Positions 13,373 to 24,769 of a stretch of DNA of 64,000 bases are shown piece after piece (positions within the stretch are counted from its first letter, which is position 1; every line of letters begins with the position of its first letter). The notes below the pieces were generated by a model. The model was not told the DNA's origin and did no database searches. It was given only the letters and a program-made list of their open reading frames with translations. Source of the stretch: Oculina patagonica (lineage: Eukaryota); NCBI RefSeq assembly GCF_052425735.1, contig NC_135767.1:8060001-8124000 (forward strand), in the 5' to 3' direction. The position numbers and the translations under genes were made by a program.

Positions 13373-13562
13373 AATAGGCTATTTCCGAGTTACCCTTTGC
13401 CTCTGTTTCAAAACAAGTCTACGTGCGAAACCATTCAAATGAAAAAATGAGTTTGACTTGCATGAAAATGGACCTGAAGGTGAAACTCATTTTCATATGA
13501 AAGGTTTTGCGCGTAGACTCGTTTTGAAACAGAGGCAAAGGGTAACTAGGAAATGGCCCATT
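13373..13562. mobile_element. Palindromic MITE
   Basis: AATAGGCTATTTCCGAGTTACCCTTTGCCTCTGTTTCAAAAC ... GTTTTGAAACAGAGGCAAAGGGTAACTAGGAAATGGCCCATT. Confidence 0.75.
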
Positions 13563-14983
13563 TAACTGACCCAGAGCTGCTAAAATGGAACGTCAAAGGT
13601 GGGAGGTTTTTAGCCCACATGATTTTTTAGGGTAAGGGTATATGTATACAATGTATTTCAGTTTTAATTTTCGACACTATTTTGCTTTGATGGAAAATAA
13701 ACCCACACAAAACAAAGGGGAGTCACGAATTTTTTGTTCACTTCTGCTCTTGTTATTCTGTTCCTTCCTCCGCAAAAGGCAGAAAATGCTTGCATATGTG
13801 CTATCGTGGAACATATTGAGGGGTTATATGGGGCTATACTTATTTCGTCGTTTCTTCGTAAATGCCAAAATGTCATCTTTTGATTATACCGAGAAAGACT
13901 TGTTCTTCCATCGATCCAGTATTTGTTTAAGCGACAAAACACTGATGCTTTGTATCACGCGCGTTCTCCCAGTAATCTCTAGTCCAGTCCCTGAACTCTT
14001 CCTTCCTTGCCACATATAAGGGTTGAACCAAGGCGGAAGAACACAATCTCGTTCCCAAAGCCTGCGTCCCCCTTGGTCAGCGGTCAGGAAACGCGACAGC
14101 TCTGGGCGATTCAAAAACCAAAACCAGGAATTTCTGGTTCCGGTTTGCTTGTGCACGTGCGTCGAGGATTATGGATGAAATGAACAAGTTTTCAACAGCC
14201 AATCAGATTTGGCCGTCTTTTTGGCAGACTTTTAGTCTAGCCCAGAGGTCTTGATCCCTGGCGCAGACCACTTGAGACAAGATTGGGGAGAAAAGAGACA
14301 AGGATAACTTGAAAGGCGTGCTCAAAACGAACCAATCAAAATGCCAGAGGTGTGGCGTTGGTTCCTTGGAACGCGTGCGCTAGGAATGAAATTGCCCCCT
14401 CAAATGACGAATTGAACTACTCCACCAAGCGCTTGATTTTAATGCAAGACAATTTGTCGTAAATTGCGCGCAGGCTTTCAAAATCTCTCGCATCGCTCTC
14501 CCAAATAAACTTTTTTATTTATTTTACAGGAATCACAAGAGTAGCCTCGGCTCTTTTTCATCCTACCCCTTTCGTGCTCTCGTCACTTCCTTGCGTGCTA
14601 TATTAGTTTTTTAACAGAACAAAGCACGGCCAAGGCTTTTTTATTTGTTGAATAAATAAATATTTAAAGAATTTTCAAGAATTGGTACAAGGAAGTAACT
14701 ATATGTATGTTTTTGTTATGGTGAGTTTTGGAGCTTATCTTTTAGGGGGATAAGCCGGACTAATGCAACGTTTACTTTACTACCTCCAATCTTCCCTAAA
14801 TATTCATTATCTGGACTGTCAGGTGGTGGTGAGATTTTGAGAGGCCCCCCATAATGCTTTTAAACAGGAAACGTTAATAAAGTTAGTTTTACGATTCACT
14901 TATCCCTGGTTTTTTTTTTCACTCATTTTCCTAATTTGAGCATTTGAGATCAATATTAGGTTTCTGTCAGCTTTTCTCACTTT

Positions 14984-15236
14984 AGGGCCGTAACTAGAAA
15001 AAGGCAAGACGAGGCACTTGCCTTGTCTTGTTCTTAACCCAAAATTAAAAACATAATATGTTTAGTTGGGAAAATAATCCCCAGTTGAAAAAGATTGATA
15101 AAGAAAACCTTACGAAAAATAATTCAGAAAGAGTTTATTCAGGGCTTACAGTTCTCTACTTTTTCTGAAGGGCATGCCCCCAGAACCTCCAAGCAAGATC
15201 TTGCCTCGTCTATGCCAAAGGTCTGGTTACGGCCCT
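14984..15236. mobile_element. MITE
   Basis: TIRs AGGGCCGTAACTAGA / TCTGGTTACGGCCCT. Confidence 0.65.
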
Positions 15237-15771
15237 GCACTTACTCCTGAGTGAATATTGACTTGTGTAACAGTACAAGGGAGAGTACAGAGCCAATTTT
15301 AACACAGAGTACTTTCTTGATTTGTGTAAGTCATTAGCAACAAACAAAGGTCAAGCCTGCTCCCAGGTCACACTGCCGCAGGCCCATCCTAGTTTCTGTA
15401 ACATGAGAGGATTGTAGACTTTGGAGATAAATCATTATTGATTCAAAAAACGGGCTATGTCACGCAATTTTAGGCAATTTCAGCACTGACCAACCGATCA
15501 TAGTGAAATATAAGGTAAAAACTGTAGAATAATACACAGACAGGCCAAAAAGGGGCATGGATGGGCAGAATTCAAGAAAATTAAAACGGATTGCATTCGG
15601 GTAAACTTAAAAAACGTCGGTCCGACCTTTTTCAAGTTTATCTCAATTTGTATGAAAGTGTCATTTTCAGGGGGGGGGGGGTGCTCGAAAATCATCCTTG
15701 TTTGTTATGTGGCCGTGATTTTGCCAAAAAATGACTTTTGTTCTGCCCATTTGAAGTTTACAGCTCTTAGT

Positions 15772-16001
15772 GAGGCCCCATTAGGGGTTTTAAGGATACG
15801 GGATATTTGGGGAAAAAAATTATAGGGATACGGGATACTTCAGGGAAAAATTATAGGGTACGGGATATTAAGAAATAAGATTGTGTGGGATATCGAACTA
15901 ATGGGAATTAATGGGAATTAATGGGATACGGGATATTTAGGCCAAAAATTAATGGGATACGGTTAAGATACTTGGACCCCCCCCCCCCCTAATGGGGCCT
16001 C
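15772..16001. mobile_element. MITE with internal GGGATACGGGATA repeats
   Basis: TIRs GAGGCCCCATTAGGGG / CCCCTAATGGGGCCTC. Confidence 0.7.
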
Positions 16002-16229
16002 CAGTTAGTTAACGAAAATAAATAGAATTACCTAAAATACCGTGATCTGGCCCCTTTAAGCAATGACGCAACATTAAAATCGTAGAAATACGCACATTTT
16101 TCAGCTGATAGTTGAAAAGTCTCTGTAGACTTCAGTACTACAGAAACGACTATGAATTCATTGTCCGGCTGTTTAAGTACTAATGTTAATAATATTCTAT
16201 ATCCAGTCACAGCCACTACACTTACGCAT

Positions 16230-16941
16230 TTAACAAATCTCAAAAAGGCGAAGAAAAACTAAATAACATTTTTAGCAATAAAAATAGCTGCATCTTTTAC
16301 ATATTAAAAAAAAAAACAGAGCCAAGGGAAGCCCTGGGAAAACACAATTGTCACAGAGGATCTGAATGGTTGTACGAGAGATCGCTGTGCATTTGCAGAA
16401 TGTCTAATTGCTGGATCCATGTAACTACAGATCTTTTTACAGCAGGAAATGGCTTTTTTAAACTTCTTTGGAACTTCATGGTTGACTTCATTTATTTCGA
16501 TAATATCTTTATAGTCGAAGAGATCCGTAGTATAGAGACAGCATTCAGTATTCGTAGAACAGTATCCAATTCAGGTCTTTATAGACATTCAAATTAGTTC
16601 CGGTGGGTGGTTATTCAGGTTAGTCAAAGTATCATCTTTAAAATGTCTGGACCAAAGAACCTTGCTTTGTCGAGTTTTTCTTAGATTGGCTTGAATGCAC
16701 CAAAGATTATTCCAACAAAGATCACGAATTCAATGATACACAATGTCCATAGAGCAAACAACGATTGAAGGCTTCCATCAATGAACACAACATAGGCCCA
16801 CAGTAGGAAATGCAAAACAACTAAACGGTATAAGTCAAGATTGACTTTGTACTTTGCTGGATAAGCATCATCCGAAGCGGACTGGGCAAAGAGAAGGACG
16901 ATAAAAGCGACTTGTCCAACATAAACTAGACCTGAAGCCAT
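16230..16941 (-). pseudogene. TMEM121/CECR6-like pseudogene
   Basis: ATG at 16941. Premature TAA at 16681 is followed by EKLDKARFFGPDILKMIL*, and then, across indels, by DLFD, NEVNHEVPKKFKKAI and YVKDAAIFIAKNVI. These motifs are colinear with the three intact paralogues. Confidence 0.85.
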
Positions 16942-17610
16942 GATACAAACTCTGATCTTGTAGCTGTACGATATATGCGTTAGTTCTCTCCAAAACTACA
17001 AGGGCATATCAGCCAAGCCAAAGCAAGGTCTTTCCAAGAAAACGTACGAAGTGCAGGGTGCTCTTCCGAGAAAACTGATTTGAATACAGAAAGAAAGAGT
17101 CAGATAATAACTTACAAATGACGTCATTCCTATATAAATCTTTCTGAGAAATCTGTTACGGCCTGTTAGGTTTGTTGTCAAAGTGCCATTTACAGCTAAA
17201 ATGACTTGCTTTGCATGTAACACATTTTCATTTGTATTATTACGGACCATCGTTACTGTTTTACTTGCGCAACCACGGGAGTCGTGTTCGTTTATTCGTC
17301 TTTTATTAATTAAAAAAATTCATTCATACGTCTGCGTGCAACTTTGTAACACTATACCACGACGGCGTAAAAAGCACAGGTTTTAGTCATATTTACTTGC
17401 ACGCTCGCTCGCTTGCTTTGTTTATTCATCTATTATTTTTTAATATTTATTCATTTTTTCTGCCGACGCGCACACCATTAAAGGAGCTAGGTGTATTTTT
17501 TTGGTGTTTTCTGACACCTTTTTTTTTATCTACAAAATTATTCAATTGAAGGAAACCTCAAACTAATAGATGTCTAAGGTAAAAAAACACCTGAGAAGTA
17601 ATATTCAAAA

Positions 17611-17711
17611 CTCTTGACCAAGAACACAACACAGTGACCCCGGCCGGGGCTCGAACCCGGACCGCTCGATCCGGAGTACGGCGCACTAACCATTGGGCCA
17701 CCGCACCTCCC
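17611..17711 (-). mobile_element. 5' (tRNA-head) fragment of CORE-type SINE
   Basis: Reverse complement matches the head of the SINE at 33974 (GGTGGCCCAATGGTTAGTGCG...GGTTCGAGCCCCGGCCGGGGTCAC). Confidence 0.8.
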
Positions 17712-18188
17712 AATGCTCGTTTATTTTAAAACATTACATAAACCAAAAACAATGATTGTTACGACTAAGGAAGATCAGGTCGGATTACGAACGACACACT
17801 TGAGACTTGGCGGGGGGGGGGGGGAAATTGGCCACTTTTTTCAAGGTGCACCATCCATGACCTGTATGCAAATGCCTTACCTGCGTGCCAGAGGCGCTCT
17901 CGACAAACACAAAACAGCTCTTATGTTCACTTTATTTTAGTTCATATGGAAAACCGCTGTTCCCCCACAAAAATATAGACGTCAGTACAAGCTTTCACAA
18001 ATCCTTTTAACTGTAGACAACAAAGTTCGCTATTAGAGAGATTCTTATATCGATTTAAAAATTATGCGTTATACTAACTTAGACTACTAAGGTGCCTGGA
18101 GCCCCGATCCGAAATTTTGTACTTTTGGCCCCGTCGAGCTAGGCCCAGACTGCTGGAGAGAACGTTCCTTCTGGTCAAAAAAGTCTGC

Positions 18189-18503
18189 ATGATTAATACT
18201 TGGAGTAAATTGACTTCTTCAACATTGAGAGATATTTATGAGACTGTACAGACATACTATGAAGCTATGAATAAAGAAATCCTCAAATTAATAAAATTAT
18301 ATTAAGTAAGAGATTTATTGCCCCGAATAATATTCACAGTTTCGCCTTATATATCAATGCCAAATCTGTGAACAAACTTCGTATTTTTAAAAAGGAAAAA
18401 TACATTCTGATTTCGACAAATATTAAAAAGAGTGTTTTAAAGGATTCTCTAGAATATATTGTTTACACACAACTTAGAAGATTAAAATAACAACAAGCTG
18501 AAT
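18189..18503. repeat. Diverged direct duplicate of 19502-19690 plus 20021-20155 (downstream flank of the 20201 gene)
   Basis: Colinear similarity from gattaat(a/g)cttggagtaa to agattaaaataacaacaagct. Confidence 0.85.
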
Positions 18504-19505
18504 AAATGGCCAAGCTCACCACGAGTCTCTCGTAGCTCAGTTGGTTAGAGCGCCCAACCGGCATCTGGGAGGCCATGGGTTCGATTCCCGTCGGGGACTC
18601 AGAATTTTTCTTTGTCCCATGCTCGTGTCATTGTTGAAAAATTCATCTTTACTATTAATCACCGAGCTTAAAATTTACCAACTTTATTATTTATTACACA
18701 CTTGATGATTCGACATTGCTGATCCTAGCAGTATGCAGGACGTGTGTCACATATCACATGACCTAGTAAATAGCCCAGCTCACCACGAGCCTCTCGTAGC
18801 TCAGTTGGTTAGAGCGCCCAACTGGCATCTGGGAGGCCATGGGTTCGATTCCCGTCGGGGACTCAGAATTTTTCTTTGTCCCATGCTCGTGTCATTGTTG
18901 AAAAATTTATCTTCATTATTTATCACCGAGCTTAAAATTTACCATCTTTATTATTTACTACACACCTGATGATTTGGACATTGCTGATCCTATATATAGC
19001 AGTATGCAGGACGTGTGTCACATATCAACCTAGTAAATGGCCAAGCTCACCACGAGTCTCTCGTAGCTCAGTTCAGGTTAGAGCGCCCAACCGGTATCTG
19101 GGAGGCCATGGGTTCGATTTCCGTCGGGGACTCAGAATTTTTCTTTGTCACATGCTCGTGTCATTGTTGAAAATTTATCTTCATTATTTATCACCGAGCT
19201 TAAAATTTACCATCTTTATTATTTACTACACACTTGATGATTTGGACATTGCTGATCCTATATATAGCAGTATGCAGGACGTGTGTCACATATCAACCTA
19301 GTAAATGGCCCAGCTCACCACGAGTCTCTCGTAGCTCAGTTGGTTAGAGCGCCCAACCGGCATCTGGGAGGCCATGGGTTCGATTCCCGTCGGAGACTCA
19401 GAATTTTTCTTTGTCCCATGCTCGTGTCATTGTTGAAAAATTCATCTTCATTATTTAACACCGAGCTTTAAACTTACCATCTTTATTATTTACTACACAC
19501 TTGAT
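18503..19505 (+). repeat. Head-to-tail array (~3.75 units of 264-268 bp), each unit with a tRNA-like Pol III head
   Basis: tRNA-like segments start at ~18523, 18787, 19054 and 19322. A box TAGCTCAGTTGG, B box GGTTCGATTCC, then a T-run (AATTTTTCTTT). Units are highly similar. Confidence 0.9.
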
Positions 19506-19690
19506 TAATGCTTGGAGTAAGTTGACTCCTTCAACATTGGAAGATATTTACGCGACTGTACCGACATACTATAAAGCTATGAATTTGAATAAGGAAATCT
19601 CCAAATGAATAAAATAATATTAAGTTAGCGATTTATTGCTCCTAATAATATTCGAGCAGCTTCTTTCATTTCGCATGCCAAATCTGTAAA

Positions 19691-20020
19691 CGTTCAGCAA
19701 GCGTTCAGCACCATCTTTGAACAATGATTTAAAAGCTAGCAAGGAATTATGCTTATTCTCTTGACATTAACGTCTTTGTTTTGTATTTTCATGTGCATGT
19801 TTTAAATGTTAACGTACCACCTTTCAGTATTTAAATCCTAGCTACTTGTTTGTCACCTTAGTCTGAAGATGATATAGAATTATATCGAAATATAACAGTT
19901 AAGTATACCAACGTTTCCTTGCATTTGTTGTCTATATCATTGATACAGTGCATTTACTCAGTATTACATTTATCCTTTATCTCCTAAAATTATCAGCGGG
20001 TAATGGTTTTTCAATCTCTA
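19691..20020 (+). mobile_element. 3' end fragment of a Penelope-like retroelement
   Basis: KRSAPSLNNDLKASKELCLFS* (stop 19762-19764) resembles the GIY-YIG C-terminal 'PSLN..' motif and is followed by a hammerhead motif. The segment is absent from the paralogous copy at ~18370. Confidence 0.7.
19861..19896 (+). ncRNA. Minimal hammerhead ribozyme motif (Penelope type)
   Basis: gt-CTGAAGA-t-GATATA/gaat/TATATC-GAAA-TATA-ac; palindromic ATAT stem III; stem I only 2 bp. Confidence 0.55.
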
Positions 20021-20200
20021 AACACACTTCGTATTTTTAAAAAGGAAAAAAATACAATCTAATTTCAACAAATATTAAAAAGAGTGATTTAAAGGATTTC
20101 ATAAAATATATTGTTTACATACAACCTAGAAGATTAAAATAACAACAAGCTTAATTTTGACGCACCATCCCCCCTCCCCCACCCCACCTTCTCTGTACAT

Positions 20201-21004
20201 TCATACTAGCGTTTTTAATCTAAGTGGCAAACGTGAACGCCCTAGATGGCGATACTGCGACAGGCAAAGGGCAATTGCTACGCCATTCTTAGCAATGAAG
20301 ATAGATTCATCTTTACCATATCCAAAGAACACCACAACTCGAATGATCAAGAATAGTAAATTCAAAATCATTTGAACAAAGTTGCGAAGTATTGCAATTC
20401 GGGAATGAATCTTTGGTTCTTCTTTGCTGAGTTTGTTTTCTATCATCTGCCAAGGAGATAACAAAATACTAAAGCACGCTACTGCAACCATCGCTGTTGA
20501 GAATCTTTTGGATATTCCAAAGTGGTTCTGTTTCTCTTCCAAAACAATGTCTATCATTTCAATTCCATCGAAGAGATCAATGGCCATATATATAGACAGC
20601 GTAGCCACTACGTCGCTATGTTTCTCAAGTTCTCCCGAATTACCAGTCGTATTCAACAACAGTAGTAGAAGAAGTGGTGTAAAGCTTAGAATAACCTTCA
20701 AAAAATTTGGTCCAAGGAAATTTTCCTTGTCAATTTTCTCTCCAACAAGTACAAATAAGACAGCAATGTTGGTTACCAAAGCGAAGATGTAGAAACTCCA
20801 GACGTGAAATAACGAGCGAAGCTTCGGCGCTTTGGAAAGGATAACACAGATCCATGCTATAACTGCTGGGGCAAATGAGACGATCGCGAAGTACCAGTAA
20901 GAATTGTCTTCGTACTCGGCCAGATAGGCTGCTAGAAAGAAGCATTGAGTGACTATAAAAGCGAAGAATTCTGCTCGTAAAGCCCATGTAGCAAACGAAG
21001 GCAT
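20201..21004 (-). CDS. TMEM121/CECR6-like multipass membrane protein (267 aa)
   Basis: First ATG at 21004 (the ORF-track start upstream is TTG); splice-acceptor-like site at 21045. Several TM helices; motifs FLGPNFLK, IDLFDGIEM and DESIFIAKN resemble TMEM121 (DLLD..DM, AIFVGKN). Confidence 0.8.
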   Translation of the reverse strand: MPSFATWALRAEFFAFIVTQCFFLAAYLAEYEDNSYWYFAIVSFAPAVIAWICVILSKAPKLRSLFHVWSFYIFALVTNIAVLFVLVGEKIDKENFLGPNFLKVILSFTPLLLLLLLNTTGNSGELEKHSDVVATLSIYMAIDLFDGIEMIDIVLEEKQNHFGISKRFSTAMVAVACFSILLSPWQMIENKLSKEEPKIHSRIAILRNFVQMILNLLFLIIRVVVFFGYGKDESIFIAKNGVAIALCLSQYRHLGRSRLPLRLKTLV

Positions 21005-21443
21005 GTCTCTCTCTCCATCAAAGGCTCTATAAGCCAATGAGTCACTGAAAAACAAACCAACAGTATTATGGTTGCATAAAATATGCGTTCCTTTGTTCCA
21101 CGTGAACAAAGACTTAAGAGTTAAAGCTGAATAATCAATGAAATTATGTCAGCTGCGATGGCTAACACCATTTAACATATAACAAATAATTAAAGGAACG
21201 TTTTTAACACATTTAAAGTTATATCTTGTCCATAAGGAAATTTCAAGGAAATAACGATTCGTCGCGATCAAAGATTTTAAGAAAATTTAACCACCAGCTG
21301 TAACCGGGGTTACCGGTTATCGATCAGAAAAATTTTAATTACCTGTTGCTAATTCACACTATATAAACAATGTAAAAGCGATTCAAAACATTAAAATATC
21401 TGTATCACACAATTTGACTATCGCTTAGTGTAGAAATAAATAT

Positions 21444-22680
21444 GGGTTATTGACCAAGCGTGAGGTCAAGATGGCAGGATATTGGTAAATTTCTTTTCTT
21501 CGAGTGCTTGAACGAAGATTTGCCAAATCTGGCACTTATTTCCCCTACTGGGGCTTAGTATGGGCTTTATTCATGATAGCCGCCATGTTTGTTTTCCCGT
21601 TATAATGATACATGTAAATGATTACTGAAAATACTGAGTGGGCAAACAAATTTCAGTTAGCTTCTTATTATGTTTGATAATTTTCCCATAGCCTTACAAT
21701 GGTTTCAGTATTGCGGTAAAAATATTCTAAGTTTTACGCCATTTCGGCGCTTTTATAAAAAAGAAAACGGCTTGCGTAGCTAATTAAGTCTTCTAATCAA
21801 GCAAATTCTTCAAACTACCTTATTATAGGAAATTAACGCTTCATGAAATTAACGCGAATTTCAAAAATTCGCGTTAATTTAAGTCGCGTTAATTTTTGTT
21901 AACGTTAATTTCCGCGCCGTTAATTAAGTGGAGCGTTAATTTCCGCGACCTTAATTTCCATTATTTTGGCCCCAATTTCTCGATACAGTCTAGATGTTCT
22001 TATCTCATAGGAAAAAGCATTATTTCATCAGAGTGGACGCTCGAAGCGCTCAGATTCCTTCGCTTAACTCATACGTTTGGGTTTAGTATCACGAACATTG
22101 TTTCCTTCTCAGATTATACGCCTAGTGTTGAAATAAGCTTGTTCCTGTTGTTTGGACAAGTGTTTTTCTTTGTGTACGTCGCGTTAATTTCCTTCATTTT
22201 GAAATTTACCGTCTTTTTCGCGTTAATTTCCTTTATTGGGAAGAAAATTTTCCTTCGATTCGCGTTAATTTAAGTCGCGTTAATTTCAAATACCTTAATT
22301 TACACAAGCGTTAATTTCCTATAATAAGGTAATGTCAATATTGAAATCATTATTCCATAAATTGGCTCTCAAATGTAATTTTAGCGTAGATACTTCACTA
22401 TTTCGACGAGCCAATTCCCTGAGAAACGGCATTATTTCATTGTTCGCCCCCTGGAAGATAACGTGGCTAATTTCCAATACTAATATGAAAACCATCATGG
22501 TGGCTATCGTGAATATGGACTATTGTCCGCTGTGTCTTGCTAGAAAACATTTATGCTATACCAAATGAATGCTGAAATTCTTATTGACAAAGCTCATTTT
22601 ATAAGGTAAATATGGCTGGATATTGAACATGCAAATGAAGAATATTCAGCCATCTTGACCTCGCACTTTTGACTTGGTTA
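21444..22680. mobile_element. Three nested MITEs
   Basis: Outer GGTCAAGATGGC...GCCATCTTGACC; middle ATTCATGATAGCCGCCATG...CATGGTGGCTATCGTGAAT (~21560-22525); inner TACCTTATTATAGGAAATTAACGCT...AGCGTTAATTTCCTATAATAAGGTA (21816-22331, TA-flanked, CGCGTTAATTT repeats). Confidence 0.7.
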
Positions 22681-23941
22681 AAAAACAAAATAACAGACCT
22701 TCAATCTTTACTGTAACTGATACAAAGCTTTACCGCGAAATCAGTGAAAGCTACAAGAGGTCTTAATTTCCGAGAAAGATAGTTTGCATGCGTTGTTATG
22801 GTTTAGGGGATTCCCCGAGTTACTGTTAAAAAGGAACTACGTCATGGATGCAAATATCTTTCTCGGAAATTATAACCACATGCTGCTGTGAATTTTCTCC
22901 GGTTACAACTTATATCCTTGGTTTTTTTTTTAAGTTATTTACTATTACATTTTGTTGTGTGTAAACTAAGGCACAAAGATATCTTTCCTTAGAAAAACGA
23001 ATTCTATATAGGTGATCGTAAAATTTCTGTGACATTCAGGGAAAGAAATCGACCATTTCTAAGGTCTTTTCGACTTTCACTGACCTGCCATCAAAATCAT
23101 TGAAATTTTGGATAATTTGGATAATTTCTAGATCTCCCCGCCTAATTTCGAGTCATGTACAGACATTTTTATAAGCAGGGAAAAATACAACGCAAGAAGA
23201 TTAATCGAGTAAATTGTTAAACGAAACGTTTATTGACTGACAGAACATTCCATTAAATCAGAGTTTAACATTGTTTTAATTCTGTAATTTACTAATTTTT
23301 ATGGGCTCTTGCTCGATTATAGAAAAACATTCCAGCTATGTCTTTTGGTCACCGTTTAAAAGTATGTTAATGGAAAGAAAATTGCAGCTTGTAGCAACAA
23401 CGTTATTGGAACACTAACATCGTTTTGTTACGTAAAATTTTGGGCTGCCATTCGATGTTTACAACTCTAACTGAAACTTGACTAAAATCGTGTCAACAGA
23501 AATAACTATAAGCTAAGCAACTAAGATATACCATCAAATACACGAAAAACGATTTAAAAGAGAGCCATGATCTGTTCAAATTGAATTCAAACGGTATCTA
23601 ACATAGGTTTGGAGTTTTAGAACGTGACTATAACAAGCTGTTGTCAACAAACTTTTCGTACTCTGGCTTTTCAAACTTTGGGAATCAAACTTTCTTTTAA
23701 CATGTGCCAGCATAAATTTGACCAAACCATTTTAGCCGATGTACAATCTAAATGTTGCAAACGTTTACTAGAGCTTTACAGATCACACGACTTCAAAACG
23801 AAGGAGAAGTAAAATACTGAAAATAAATGGAATTTTGAAGGTTTTCTGGAACAATTAAACTACAGAGTGCTTCAGTCAAAGTGTCAAATGAGTTAATAAA
23901 AACTCCATGATTCGGTTGAAGTATAGACCACAGTTTTAAAT

Positions 23942-24769
23942 CTAATCCACAGATTCAGAGTCTCTGCAGATCCAATAGATCTCCAACGACGAGAGAAATA
24001 TGGCGATGCCATTCTTAGCGATGAAAATAGATTCATCTTTCTTGTACTTTATGAAGATCACAAGTCGAATAATCAGGAATACCAAATTCACCAAACTCAA
24101 CTGCATAGCATTACGGATAATAGAAAGCTTCTTGCGAAGTTGGTAGCTGTTGTCGTCAAGTTTATATTCCGCCATTTGCAACAACGACAACATAAAGCTA
24201 AAGCAAGCCACGGCGATCATCGCTATCCCAAAGCCTTTGGAAATTCCATGGCTGTTCTCTCTCTCGTCAAGCACAACATCGAGCATCTCGACTCCATCGA
24301 AAAGATCTATGGTTATCTGGATAGAAAACTGCGAAGCGAGCTGCCTGTAGTCTTCGCTTTCACTTAAATCGCTTGCAGTGTTTAGCAAAAACAGGAACAG
24401 AACTGGAGTAAGGCACAAGACCACTTTCAAAGTGTTAGGTCCAAGGAAGGTCTCCTTGTCGAGGTTATCTCCGCATAATGCAAAGGTGATGGCTATGTTG
24501 GGTACTAAAGCGACCACAACGTACAAACCCCAAGTAAAAAACATCCTGAGAAGTCCTGCATGGGTTTTCAGACAGTGCAGCCAGTAAAATAGTGCTGGAG
24601 CGTACAGAATTACTACAGCAATCCAAAGTAAATTTTTCGTGTATTTTGCTGGGTAAGCTGCGAGGAAACCACACTGAGCTAGAAGCAGGACAGCAAATGC
24701 AAAACGACCCACGTCAACAAATCGCAAAGCCTTGATTTTTCTCTTTAAAAAGGATAAGACTTTCGCCAT
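23942..24769 (-). CDS. TMEM121/CECR6-like multipass membrane protein (275 aa)
   Basis: Intact ATG-initiated ORF with FLAAYP, FLGPNTLK, IDLFDGVEMLD and KDESIFIAKNG; clear paralogue of the 20201 gene. Confidence 0.85.
   Translation of the reverse strand: MAKVLSFLKRKIKALRFVDVGRFAFAVLLLAQCGFLAAYPAKYTKNLLWIAVVILYAPALFYWLHCLKTHAGLLRMFFTWGLYVVVALVPNIAITFALCGDNLDKETFLGPNTLKVVLCLTPVLFLFLLNTASDLSESEDYRQLASQFSIQITIDLFDGVEMLDVVLDERENSHGISKGFGIAMIAVACFSFMLSLLQMAEYKLDDNSYQLRKKLSIIRNAMQLSLVNLVFLIIRLVIFIKYKKDESIFIAKNGIAIFLSSLEIYWICRDSESVD

Noticed and set aside
18700-18790. Hammerhead or HDV/theta ribozyme in the array spacer
   Set aside because: CTGATGA occurs in only one unit with no matching GAAA after a stem, and I could not build an HDV P1/P3/P1.1 fold by eye. 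Retained only as an unexplained hairpin.
18733-19471. ORFs 18733, 18969 and 19283 as repeat proteins
   Set aside because: Chance translations of the tandem repeat
18503-19505. CRISPR array or functional tRNA-Ala gene cluster
   Set aside because: Whole units repeat with no unique spacers, there are no cas genes, and the context is eukaryotic. The acceptor stem is bulged, the anticodon stem is mismatched and U33 is absent in three of four copies.
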